The notes under the pieces: generated by a model
Seen by the model: only the letters and a program-made list of their open reading frames with translations
Database searches by the model: none
Told to the model about the DNA's origin: nothing
Part shown: positions 52,835-64,000 of the stretch, in pieces
How the letters are laid out: every line of letters starts with the position of its first letter
How positions within the stretch are numbered: the stretch's first letter is position 1
Assembly: GCF_004010195.1 (NCBI RefSeq)
Contig: NC_057753.1
Span: forward strand, 6,841,960 to 6,905,959
Reading direction: 5' to 3'
DNA: 64,000 nucleotides
DNA from: Chiloscyllium plagiosum
Taxonomy: Eukaryota
Made by a program: the position numbers and the translations under genes

Positions 52835-53115
52835 AACATGTCAGAGAGGGAAACTAAAATTTAAAAGAGACTGAAGGAGCAACTTTTTCATGAAGACAGT
52901 GATACGGGTATGGAATGAGCTGCCAGAAGAAGTGGTGAAGGCTGGTACAATTACAACATTTAACAGGCATCTGGTTGGGTATATGAATGGCAAGGGTTTA
53001 GAGGGATATGGGCCAAGTGCTGTCAAATGGGACTGGATTAATTTAGGATATCTGGTCGTCATGGATGATTTGGACTGAAGGGTCTGTTTCCATGCTGTAC
53101 GACTCTGTGACTCTA
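52835..53115 (+). mobile_element. CR1 3' end
   Basis: VWNELPEEVV and 3' UTR. Confidence 0.85.
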
Positions 53116-53309
53116 GAACGTTTTTGAGTTTTATGTGTCTGTCAATCCTCTTTTTCAAATCACCACGCCCTGCCCTCAACCCCAACCACAAAGGAATCCG
53201 AGCATCTTCACCTTGCCCCAACAAAGATGGTCACCCAGGCTGTTAATGCCAGAGGCCTGGAGCCACATTCCCTTTGCTCCCGTTTCTAATTCAGATCTAG
53301 CACACTATA

Positions 53310-53441
53310 TCTGGGTCTTGAAGAAGGGTTACACCCGAAACATTGACTTCTCCACTTGCTGATGCTGTCAGGTTTGCTGTGTTCTTCCAGCCTCTTGCCT
53401 GTCTACTTTCGATTCCAGCATCTGCAGTTTTTCTGTCTCTA
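53310..53441 (+). mobile_element. PLE terminus with decayed hammerhead motif
   Basis: ttgaaga-a-gggt-tac-accc-gaaacatt. Confidence 0.7.
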
Positions 53442-54259
53442 ACCCCGCTTGGTCCTCCAGTCCTGTCCCTGCTTGGTCCTCCAGTCGCGCCCTCTCCTTC
53501 TATTGGTCCGTAGCTGCCGTCCATCAGCCGGGGCCCATTGTGAGGTAAGAGGCAGGAGCCTATCTCTTTGTGGTCCAGGGGTGAGTGTCATGTTTACAAT
53601 AAATGGTGCAGTGTATAATATGTATCCCAGAGCACAGGGAATTGCTGGCCATTTGGTCCATTGGGATTGTACTCTCTCATTCGCTGCCAATCTATCCCAA
53701 ATTCCCTGCAATTGCCCCATCTGGCTGCAAGTTAAATTTCAACTCTACAATAACTGCTGAATCTGCATCCAGCTGCCATTCAGACTATTCTAGGTCGTTG
53801 GAACTCACTGAGTAAAATAATCTTTACGTTTTCACCCTGCATTATTTCCCAATTATCTGGCTCCTAAACCTTGTGACAATGTTAGTAATTTCTCACTTTA
53901 TGCAAATGAAGTCTATTGGAAACAAATCTACACCTTGACTGCATAACCTTCTCAGCTTCAAGGAGAATTGTCTGAGCTTTAGCTACCTCTCCACAAAACA
54001 AAAACCCATCTTAATTTTAATTAATGCACAGTTTATGTTCTTTGCTATCCAGACCAGTATTTATTTTCCACCCATATTTGACTTGGAGAAAGTGGTGGTG
54101 AACTGCCTTCTTGAACTGTGTAGACCACGTATTGTTAGTACACCACAATGCGATTTGGAAGATAATCTCCTGCGGTCTCACAACTTTCTCTATGTCTGTA
54201 AATCCCTTCAATGTCACCATCCTCCCTGTCTCTGTCAACCCTTCCAGTATCAGAATTAG

Positions 54260-54421
54260 AGTCAAAAGGTGTGGCGCTTGAAAAGCACAGTAGGTCATGC
54301 AGCACCTGAGGAGCAGGAGAGTTGATATTTCAGACAAAAGCATTTCATCAGGAATGTGCTTCTTCGAGGCCACACTTTTCAACTCTGACTCAGCATATGC
54401 TGTCCTTACTTTCTCCTCATG
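54260..54421. mobile_element. Old fold-back PLE-terminus element
   Basis: TSD TCAGAATTAG at 54250-54259 and 54422-54431. Confidence 0.7.
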
Positions 54422-54469
54422 TCAGAATTAGCTATGGTTTACAAATGTTGGTGTTATGGACAGTGTATT

Positions 54470-55600
54470 TCAATGGCACCTTGATCAGATGTGCCAATGG
54501 GCTAAGGAATGGTTGATGGAGTTTAGATTGGATAGATTTGAGCTATTACATTTTGCTAAGGCAAACCAGGTAGGAATTATACAGTCAATGGGAAGGCCAT
54601 GGGCAGTGTTGCTGAATAAAGAGACCGAGGGCAGCAGCTGCGTATTTCATTGTAAGTAGATTTGCAGGTAGACAGGGTAGTGAAGAAGGCGTTTGGCACA
54701 CTTGCCTTCATTTGTCAGTGCACTGAGTATAGCAGTTGGGGTGTTTTGTCGCAGCTCTAATAGACATTGGTCAGGCCTGTTTTAGAATACTGCTTTAAAT
54801 TCTGGTCTCCTTGCTATGGAAAAGATGTTGTTAAACATGTGAGGGTGCAAAAATAATTCACAAGGGTGTTGACAGGATTGGAGTGTTTGAGATATTGGAA
54901 GAGGCTTGGGCAATTTTTTCTCTGGAATGTCGGAGGCTGCTTTATAGAGGTTTATATGATCATGAGGGCAATTGATAGGGTGAATAGCCAAGGTCTTTTT
55001 TATGGGGTAGGACTCCAAAACGAGTGGGTATAGGTTTGATGCCATTCCTGAAGAAGGGCTTATGCCCGAAATGTCGATTCTCCTGTTCCTTGGATGCTGC
55101 CTGACCTGCTGCGCTTTTCCAGCAACACATTTTCAGATCTGATCTCCAGCATCTGCAGTCCTCAGTTTCTCCTTGAAGATTTTAACCTACTGCGACTCCT
55201 CTTGCAAGGATGCCTTCCTTGAAGAAGCTGTCTTCCTCCCTCTCCTGAAGAAGGGCTTATGCCCGAAACGTCGATCCTCCTGTTCCTTGGATGCTGCCTT
55301 ACCTGCTGCACTTTTCCAGCAACACATTTTCAGCAGAGGTTTAATGTGACAAGGGTAAGATTTGAAAGATTTGACCTCGGGCAACTTTTTCATGCAGAAG
55401 GTGGAACCAGATGCCAGAGGAGTTGGTGGAAGTGGATACAATTACAACATTTAAAAGGCATCTGGCTGGGTAGATGAATAGGAAAGTTTTAGAGGGATAT
55501 GTGCGAAATGCTGGCAATTCGGACTAGATTAGTTTAGGATATCTGTTGGCACAGAAAAGTTGGACTGAGAATCTGTTTCCATGCTGTATAACTCTTACTA
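54470..55600 (+). mobile_element. CR1 3' fragment interrupted by a tandem PLE terminus
   Basis: RT C-terminus and 3' UTR. Confidence 0.8.
55042..55336 (+). mobile_element. Direct-tandem PLE termini with two hammerhead motifs 197 nt apart
   Basis: CTGAAGA at 55048 and 55245; TSD AGGTTT(G/A)ATG at 55032-55041 and 55337-55346. Confidence 0.85.
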
Positions 55601-56346
55601 TCTCTGTAAATTCCCCGGTCCCTGCAACAGTACCTAGCTCTGTAATTTTCTCCAGCCTGTAACCTGTTCCAGCCCCAGCATAACTTGCTTTCTATGTAAT
55701 CTAGTCCAGAGTCACAGTCCTCCCTATCAGTGTAACCTCATCCAGCTTCACAACCCTCCCCTACCTCTCTGATCCCCCACAGCCTCACAATTCTCCCTAT
55801 CTCTAATAACACCTCCCCCCCCCTCCAAACCTACAGTTTCACAACCTTCCCTATCTCTCTAATTTCCTCAACCTCAGAGCCCTGGTTATTTGTGTAACAA
55901 CTGTCCAATTGCAGAATCATCTCTGATGTTAGATAATGTGTTGTAATTTTTTGAAGTGCGAGCTAGTTGGGATGCCTTGTTTCTTGTGACCAGTTGGGGA
56001 GACCTGCTGCTTCCGATATGATGTCTCTCTTTGAGATGTATGGAGCCGAAATCTGGTCTCACGCTGACACTGACATGCCACATTACACATTACTGTGAGA
56101 AACAGAACATTGTCCTGTTCTGGCAAAGAACATGTACAGGGCACACTCAACTGATGGGAACTGGGGAGGCAGTTCAAGAACTTGGACAGTGTACTGGGAG
56201 ACAGCATGTTGATACTGTCTGGTGTTAGTGAGCTGTGGGATGGGTATTGACCAGTACCAAATCCCTCCACCCTCCCCCATCCTCACTCGTGCTCTTACTC
56301 TGCTGCACACCAGCTGGTGGAGATAGGTGACAAGTTTGTAAGTTGT

Positions 56347-56815
56347 CGTGGTTGTGTTCGCCGAGCTGGGAATTTGTGTTGCAGACGTTTCGTCCCCTGA
56401 CTTGGATCTCAGCAATTGATGGTGGTCAAATGTAGGTCAGCAATATGGAAACTGTCAGAAATCAAGGAGCACTGGGTTCCGGTTGTCAGTTCCAGCTGTC
56501 CGCTGCAGTGGCCGGTATGTTGGGTCCAGGTCGATGTGCTTATTGATTGAATCTGTGGATGAGCACTATCAATAAGCACATCGACCTGGACCCAATATAC
56601 TGGCCACTGCAGCGGACAGCTGGAACTGACAACCGGAAGCGGCAGATACAAATCACTATAAATGCTGGAGGAAACATCACAGAAGCGCTTCACATGAGGC
56701 TCCCAAGCACTGAGGATGTCACCTAGACAGGGGACGAAACGTCTGCAACACAAATTCTCAGCTCGGCGAACAGAACCACAACAACGAGCACCTGAGCTAA
56801 AATCTTCTCCCAAAC
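56347..56815. mobile_element. Fold-back PLE of a different family carrying the ORF C-terminus
   Basis: TSD TTTGTAAGTTGT at 56335-56346 and 56816-56827; reading frame INKHIDLDPIY...STEDVT* on the + strand. Confidence 0.85.
56707..56746 (+). ncRNA. Minimal type-I hammerhead ribozyme motif
   Basis: GCA-CUGAGGA-U-GUCACCU-AGAC-AGGGGAC-GAAAC-GUC-UGC. Confidence 0.8.
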
Positions 56816-56925
56816 TTTGTAAGTTGTATTATCCTGTTTAAGACATCTCCTGCACAGACATGGTCATGACCTTCATGGGTCCAGTTCAGAGCTATACTTG
56901 AAGTTCCTCAGAAGCAGTTTCTCTC

Positions 56926-57075
56926 TCCGACCAGGTGCAGGTGAGAAACATTCCCCGTAGCGTGACCATGTACAGCCGAGGGGAGAACACGAGACTGGCA
57001 CAGCCCAGAGACCACGTTACCTTCACCGGCAACTTCCTCACCATGATGTGGACCAGGTTCAGGCAGGTAGTTCAG
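56926..57075 (+). pseudogene. MCM7: Isolated, diverged MCM7 exon
   Basis: [50 protein letters not shown] followed by GTAAGG; matches my recollection of vertebrate MCM7 SDQVPVGNIPRS...GENTRIAQPGDHV.VTGIFLP..RTGFRQVVQ. Confidence 0.8.
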
Positions 57076-57114
57076 GTAAGGGCTTGAGGGGACAGGTCAG
57101 ACTGGAGTCCAGCT

Positions 57115-57715
57115 GTTGAGTATAGGACCTGGGAGGTCATGTTATGGCTACACAGGACACTGGTTAGATCACTTTTGGAATATTGTGCGCAGTTCTGGTC
57201 TCCCTCCTATCGGAACGATGTTGTGAAACTTGAATAGGTTCAGAAAAGATTTACAAAGATGTTGCCAGGATTGAAGGTTTGGGTACAGGGAGAGGCTGAA
57301 TAGGCTGGGGCTGTTTTCTCTGGAGCATCAGTGGCTGAGGGGGTGACCTTATAGAGGTTTATAAAATCATGGGTAGGATAAATAGACAAGGTCATTTCCC
57401 TAGGGTGGGCGAGTCCAGAACTCAAAGGCATATGTTTAGGATGAGACAGGAAAGATATAAAAGGGACCTAAGGGGCAACCTTTTCACACAGAGGGCAGTG
57501 CTTCTATGGAATGAGCTGCCAGCAGAAGTAGTGGAGTCTGGTACAATTACAGCATGTTAAAAGGCGTCTGGATGGGTATATGATTAGGAAGGGTTTCAAG
57601 AGAAATGGGCCAAGTGCTGTCAAATGGGACTAGATTAGATTAGGATATCTAGTCGGCCTTAACAAGTTGGACCGAAGGGTCAATTTTGGTGCTATACACC
57701 TCTATGACTCTCTGA
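57115..57715 (+). mobile_element. CR1 3' fragment
   Basis: LWNELPAEVV and 3' UTR. Confidence 0.85.
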
Positions 57716-58374
57716 CTGTCAGTCTCTGGAATCTCCTACAACCTCACAACCTTCCATGCACCCAGTGCTCCTTGATTTCTGACAGTTTCCATATTGCTGA
57801 CCTACATTTGACCACCATCAATTGCTGAGATCCAAGTTGTCTCTCCTCATTGAAGATCTTAAGATCAACCTGTTTGGCCATGTGTGAACTGTTGTGCAAG
57901 GTTTTACAGTTCTGTATAAATACAAGTCATTGATGTTACCTGCAATGGTCAATCTCAACAAGATGACAGACCAAGCTTGTGTCCACTGAAGTTCAGAAGA
58001 GTTAGAGGTAACTTGGTTTAGACTGAGGGGACTTGACCATCCACAGTCAGACGAAATCTTAATGAATCACAAAGCAGGCTCGATGGGCCAAATGGCTTAT
58101 TCCTGCATCTATCTCTTATTTTCAGCCATAGCGATTCAAGCACCCCATGCCCACAACTCTCAAAGGGGCCCTGTTCATCTAAGCTTGACAATTCCAAAGA
58201 TGTGCAGGTTAGCTGAATTGGCCATTCTAAATTACCTGAGTGTTAGGTGCACTAGTCAGGGTTTAAATGTAGAGTAATAAGAGACTCAACTGCGCAATGC
58301 AGGATCAGGAGTGTGAGGCAACCGTGTCATCAAATGTTTTGGAGCTGCCCTTTCTGGTAGCTACAGTGCTCCTG

Positions 58375-58745
58375 CCCACCTTATAGAGGTTTATAAAATC
58401 ATGAGGGGCATGGATAGGGTAAATAGACAAGGTCTTTTCCCTGGGGTGGGGGAGTCCAGAACTAGAGGGCATAGGTTTAGGGTGAGAGGGCAAAAATCTA
58501 AAATGGTCCAAAGGGACAACTTTTCCACACAGAGTGTTGCGGCTGCGGAATGAGCTGCCAGAGGAAGTGGTGGAGGCTATTAAAATCGCATTATTTAAAA
58601 GGTAGGTGAGTCGGTATATGAATAGGAACGGTTTCGAGGGATATGGATCAAGTGCTGGCAAATGGGATTAGATTAGGTTAGGAAATCTGGTCGGCATGGA
58701 CGAGTTGGGCCGAAGGGTCTGATTCTGTGGTGTACATCTGTTTGA
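58375..58745 (+). mobile_element. CR1 3' end
   Basis: RT C-terminus and 3' UTR. Confidence 0.85.
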
Positions 58746-58754
58746 TTCCAACAT

Positions 58755-59145
58755 TTCTGACGGACCAGCGCTAGGACCCGGTAGGCACAGAAGCCTGGAA
58801 GCGCCGCCCATAAGTGCGTCACAAAGCGGACCATGCATGTGCCGTACTCCCGAGGGAGCCAAGATGGCGGAGGCTAACCAGGATCTGATCCCAGCTAAAA
58901 TCCCAGAACAATATACATGCGGGATTTGCAGGTTGTGAATCGAAGTTTGAGGTACAGTATTTAGTAAGCGTTTGCGAACACTCCGGCATTGCCTCCGCCG
59001 TCCCGCAGACCCTCCCCCGCGCCTGGAGATGTGATGAAAAAAACCCTCTATGAACATTGGTATTAATGTAACTGCGCATGCCCAATACTCTAGCGGAGGG
59101 GAAACTGCACATGCGCACCTTTCATCACCGCGGCGCATGGTGGGT
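58755..59145 (+). promoter_or_regulatory. CpG-island promoter and probable first exon
   Basis: YY1 motif AAGATGGCGG at 58861-58870, possible donor GAG|GTACAG at ~58952, NRF1-like motifs near 59073 and 59106. Confidence 0.65.
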
Positions 59146-59269
59146 AAAGGCATTGTCATTTGCCTGTCCTCGGATGCTGCCTGAATTGCTGTGCTCTTCC
59201 AGCACCACTGATCTAGAATCTGGTTTCCAGCATCTGCAGTCATTGTTTTTACCACCTTTATGACATTGA

Positions 59270-59620
59270 AGGAGCCAGAGTTGGACTGAGGTGCACAAAG
59301 TTAAAAATCACACAACACCCAGGTTACAGTCCAACAGGTTTATTTGGAAGCATTAGCTTTCGGAGCGCTGCTCCGTCAGCAGGTGGTTGTGGAAAATACG
59401 AGAGTAGGACAGAGAATTTATCGCGAACGTTTACAGTGTGATGCAACTGAAATTATATATTGGTCTTTTTCAACATATAATTTCCATTGCATCACACTGT
59501 AAACTTCTGCTATAAATTCTGTGTCCTCCGATCTTAACCTCCGCAACCACCTGATGAAGGAGCAGCGCTCCGAACCTGTTGGACTGTAACCTGGTGTTGT
59601 GTGATTTTTAACTTTGTACC
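59270..59620. mobile_element. Fold-back copy of the PLE terminus of the 59760-62270 family
   Basis: ~165-bp imperfect arms around ~59465; ctgatga-a-ggagc-agc-gctcc-gaa at 59551. Confidence 0.8.
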
Positions 59621-59759
59621 CCTCTGGGTCACTCACCATCCTGCTCTGGAACGGTATCAGCTCTCCTTCATTTTCCCCGGGTCGGAATCCTGGCATTCCC
59701 TCCCTCATGTCGGTGTGGGTGCACTGCAGCGGTTCAAAATGCAGCTCACGGTTTTGTTT

Positions 59760-62272
59760 GGAGGAGCCGGTGTTGGACTGGGAAGTACAAAGATAAAGAT
59801 CACACAACACCAGGTTACAGTCCAACAGGTTTATTTGGAAGCACTAACATTCAGAGTGCTGCTCCTTTAGGTGGCTGTGGAGTACAGCCACAAGGCACAG
59901 AATTTACAGCAAAAGATTACAGTGTCATGCAACTGAAATGATGCATTGAAAGAAAACTTAGATTGCTGTTAAGTCTTTCATCTTTTAGAATGACCATGTT
60001 GTTTTCAGTTCTTTCATATATAAAACCCAGAACCTTCTTTGAAGTTGCATTCTCAAATGAACTTTAACAAAAGCTGCCATATCAGCCCAGATAATGCACT
60101 GAATGTGTGAGTCTGCCTGTACCTCAACGTTCAGATTGGTTCTAATCTAAAAAAGGGATTGACAGAATCTTACATGGATTTGTGCAGTTTTTGAGCAAGA
60201 TAAAATGTAATTCTGCAAGTACAAATTCACCCCACTAACCTATATGTTGTGTGTGGATGTGGATATGTGTGTGGGGGGGAGGGGGGAGGGGGGGGGAAAG
60301 GGTTATAAGGCTGTGAGAAGGTGCATGTGGGAGTGTATGTGTGAGCATATGAGAGAGAGCTTATGTATGAGAGAGGGTCTGTGTGCGTGTGTGCATCTGT
60401 AGGTGTGTGTGTGTAGGAGTGTCAATGTCTATGTGTGTATAGTGCAGTGGGGTCACCTATAGTGTGATATGGACTCAAGGTCCCGTTTGAGGCCATCCTC
60501 ATGGGTACCAAACTTGGCGATCAACTCTGCTTGGACACTTTGCACTGTTGCTCGTTCCGAAGTCCATCTTGTAGGATGGTCAACCGAAGGTCCGAGGCCG
60601 AATGTCTCAGACCGCTGAAGTATTCTCCGACTGCGAGGGAATACTCCTGTCTGTTGATTATTATGCAGTGTCCATTCATCCGTTACCGTAGCCTCTGCTC
60701 ATTCTCACCAATGTACCATGCCTCAGGGCACCATTGCCTGCAGCATATGAGATAGACAACGTTGGCCAAGTCACATGAGTACCTGGCAAGTACATGGTGG
60801 AAGGTGTCCCCACATGTAATGGTGGTATCTGTGTCAACACTCCGACACATCTTGCAGCGTCTACCAGAACAAGGTTGTATGGTGATTTCCTGAAAGCCGG
60901 AAAGTTTGCTGTGAACAATGATCTGTTTGACGTTTGGCGGTTGTTTAAAGTCAAGAAGCGGAGGCGTGGGGAAGGTCTTGGCAAGGTGCTCATCCTCATT
61001 GATAATGTGTTGCAGGCTGCAAAGAACATAGCGTAGTTTTTCGACTCTTGGGAAATACTGGACAACGAAGAGTACCCGGTCGTTTGCAGCTCCTGTCTGT
61101 CTCCTGAGGAGGTCGTTACGCTTTCTCACTGTGGCACATCGGAACTGGTGGTCGATGGGTTGAGCATCGTACCCCATTCTTATGAGGGCATCCTTGAGTA
61201 CCATCAGGTTCCTGTCAAGTTCCTCCTCATCTGAACAGATCCTATGTATGCGTAGTGCTTATCCGTAGGGAATGGCAGTTTTAATATGTTTAACGTGCAA
61301 GGTGGAAGAGTGTAGTATTGTGAGGTTATCTGTGGGTTTTCGGTAGAGTGAGGTGCTGAGGTCCCCATCCTTGATGGAGATGCATGTGTCCAAGAATGAT
61401 ACAGATACTAGAGAATAGTCCATGATGAGTTTGATGGTGAGAAACTCTGTGATATCACTGTGTAGTTGTTTCAGTGTCTCCTTGCCATGGGACCATAGGA
61501 AGAACATGTCATTGATATACCTGGTGTATAGTTTTGGTTGGAGGTCCTGCATATAGAATAAGTCTTGTTTGAACCTGTGCATGAAAATGATGGCATATTA
61601 GAGTGCAATTTTGTTTCCTCTGGCTGTTCATGCCACACTACAGGTGACCCAACTGCACTACATATGTGTGCACACACACTCCTACAGACCCATAAGCTCA
61701 CGCAGACCCTCTCTCATATACAAGCTCTCTCTCATACACTCACACACGCACCCTCTCACAGTCACTCATACCCCCCTGCATGCACACACCCACATGCACA
61801 CATATTTAAGTTTGTGAGGTGAACTTGTACTTGCAGAATTACATTTTTATTTTGCTCATAAACTGCATGAATCCATGTAAGATTCTGTCAATCCTTTTTT
61901 TTAAGATTAGAAACAGTCTGAACATTGGGGCACAGACAGCCTCACACAGGGCACCTCACACCTTTAATGCATTATCTGGCCAACATGACCCCTATTGTTA
62001 AAGTTCACTTCAGAAGGTAACTTTAAGAAAGTTCTGGGATTTAGATATTAAAAAAACTGAAACCAGCATGCCCATTCTGAAAGATGCAAGACTTACCAAA
62101 CAATTTAGGTCTTTTTCAATATATAATTGCAGTTATATCACACTGTAAACCTTTCCTATAAATTCTGTGTCCTACAACTTTATACTCCATAACCACCTGA
62201 TAAAGGAGCAGCACTCCGAAAGCTAGTGCTTCCAAATAAGCATTTTGGACTATAACCTGGTGTTGTGATTTT
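59760..62272 (-). mobile_element. Truncated Penelope-like retroelement: RT C-terminal half and GIY-YIG, between inverted pseudo-LTRs
   Basis: TRYINDMFFLW, FLDTCI, LYRKPTD, PCSGRRCKMC and NVVYLICC...WYIGE; 59760-60480 is mirrored at 61625-62272. Confidence 0.92.
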
Positions 62273-62559
62273 TATCTCTCCCATTGGTAGCAATGTCACG
62301 GCGCATGCCCCTACTCCAGTGGGAAGGGGAACTACACCTGCATACCTTCATTACTGTGGCAGATGCTGGGTAAAGGCACTGTTATTGCTGACATTGTTAG
62401 CTATAATTTCGACGTGCCGGTGTTGTACTGGGGTGGGAAAAGCTAAAAAGCTCCATGACATTGTAACCCTTTTGCTATAAATTCTGTGAGATATGGTCAT
62501 GTTCCACACCTACCTGATGAAGAGGCAGCGCCACCAACAGGAGGTTAATAGAAAGAAGA

Positions 62560-63060
62560 ACTAAAGGAGGAGTGAAATTGAGCCAGTGTCGGAAAGGGAG
62601 GAAAGGCATTGAGCCAGGCATGAGGGTGGGAGAGCAGGAATGAAGCAAGGGGTGGAAGGGGGATGAAAGTAATGGATTGAAGGAGGATGGTAGCAGAATG
62701 GAGTTGGTGTGGAGAGGAGGGAGAATAATGGAGTGAGGGAGGGGGAAGAGGAATCGAGCTGGAGTGGGAGGAGGGAGATTAATGGAGCTGGAAAGTGGGG
62801 GAGGGGAATGGAATGGAGCCAGGGCCTAAGCAGTGGGAGAGGAATGCAACCTGTTGAGTGTAGGGAAGAGAAGAGGAGAATACATCCAAGGTGAGGCGAG
62901 GAGAGGAATTGCATGCAAGGTGAGAGTAATGGAGTATAGGGTGGGACAAGGACTTGAACTAGGGGTTCGGGGTGGAGAGTAATGGACATATCATTCTAGG
63001 AATGGGGAAACGAATGGAGCCAGGTGTAGAAGGAGGTAGGAGAGGAATGAAGTCAGGTAT
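62560..63060. repeat. Purine-rich low-complexity region
   Basis: G/A-rich ggaatggag-type short repeats. Confidence 0.6.
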
Positions 63061-63881
63061 TAACAGTGCCCAAGTCCTCAATAAGATCATGCAGGATCCA
63101 CGCTTGCAACTCTGTGGCATTTTCTGAGAAACAGTTTCAAACAGAGTCGAGTGCATGTGCGATCATCTTGGTAATGTAAAATGAGTGGACAATGCTTCAT
63201 GTTCTCAGTGGCCAGAAGACTGGGTGAATGGTCAACTCTTCTGATCCAACTCCCCCAATAATGTTCTGACTACTCTCTCATTCCCTCACATGCCCTTTGT
63301 GCTCTTCCTCACTCTGCCCCATGTTTCCTACTCATGGTCTCATTCATTCATCTCTCTGGCACTTGTAATCTTCATGTTGTGACCACACTTCTTAAACTCT
63401 GGGCTCTCTACACCTCTTCACCTCCTTTTGTTCCTCTCCTACTCACACTCTATCCCTCTTTACCAGTTTTTCCCTGAATTACACCCCATTCACTCTTTGT
63501 TCCGAGCTCTCTCGGTCTTTTGCTTTTCCCTTCTCTTTTTTTCTCGTTCACCATTTCTTTCCTGCTTCCCATCACAGGGGAACTTTTGGATGGTCCAGAC
63601 TTTTTTTTTAAACAAGCTGGCAGCTTTCATGCTCACACGTTCCTCTTGTCTGCCCCAGAAATTATTGGACTCTTTCAGCTCCATATCATTGTATTCTTTT
63701 GTCTTTTGGTCTGTTCTCTTGCTCTCTTTCTCACTCACTCTCTCACTGTTCTGTTCGAAACAAACTTGACAGGGCATTAGCAAAGGAGGATTTGCAGTCG
63801 GGAACCTCGAACCAAGCATTGCACCAGGACTTAAGAGAGGCACCACATTTGTCATCAACAAAATATCATTGAATTTTGAAC

Positions 63882-64000
63882 ATGGAAGAAAAAGGCCCCC
63901 TTCAAACTAGGAAGGAACCATATACATGTTGTATGTGTGGACAAGGCTTCAGCCAATCAGCTGGCCTCACAAACCACAAATGTAGTCACACTGGGAAGAA
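63882..64000 (+). CDS. Start of another C2H2 zinc-finger coding exon, truncated by the window end
   Basis: tttgaacATGgaaga context identical to 26769; MEEKGPLQTRKEPYTCCMCGQGFSQSAGLTNHKCSHTGK; acceptor AG at 63771-63772. Confidence 0.75.
   Translation, partial: MEEKGPLQTRKEPYTCCMCGQGFSQSAGLTNHKCSHTGK

Noticed and set aside
55900..58300. miR-106b/93/25 cluster, which is intronic in MCM7 in other vertebrates
   Set aside because: I did not see the mature sequences near the orphan exon.

Overview
Repeat-dense eukaryotic DNA. The repeat families and zinc-finger style point to a cartilaginous fish, probably a shark (inference). The backbone is a same-strand cluster of C2H2 zinc-finger loci: one intact 453-aa gene (26769-28130), two pseudogenes (~4.0-4.5 kb and ~50.9-51.8 kb) and a fourth gene starting at 63882. 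Three CpG-rich promoter-like islands with YY1/NRF1/CCAAT/GC motifs (~7.6, ~32.8 and ~58.8 kb) alternate with them. Most of the remainder is nested, decayed CR1 LINEs, HE1-type SINEs, L2-like fragments, one clean solo LTR and Penelope-like element (PLE) derivatives. The main signal is that at least five unrelated PLE terminal-repeat families each carry a minimal type-I hammerhead ribozyme motif. Helices I and II covary between families, helix III is a self-complementary tetramer (ACGU or AGCU), and one family has a compensatory U3-A8 core pair. The motifs sit in ~150-500 bp fold-back insertions with 10-16 bp target-site duplications, and in one direct-tandem, retrozyme-like pair. Also noted: an orphan MCM7 exon, a 78-bp templated repair patch inside a palindromic PLE, an old inverted duplication, and a 3-finger higher-order repeat in the ZNF. 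Repeat boundaries were read by eye and are approximate.
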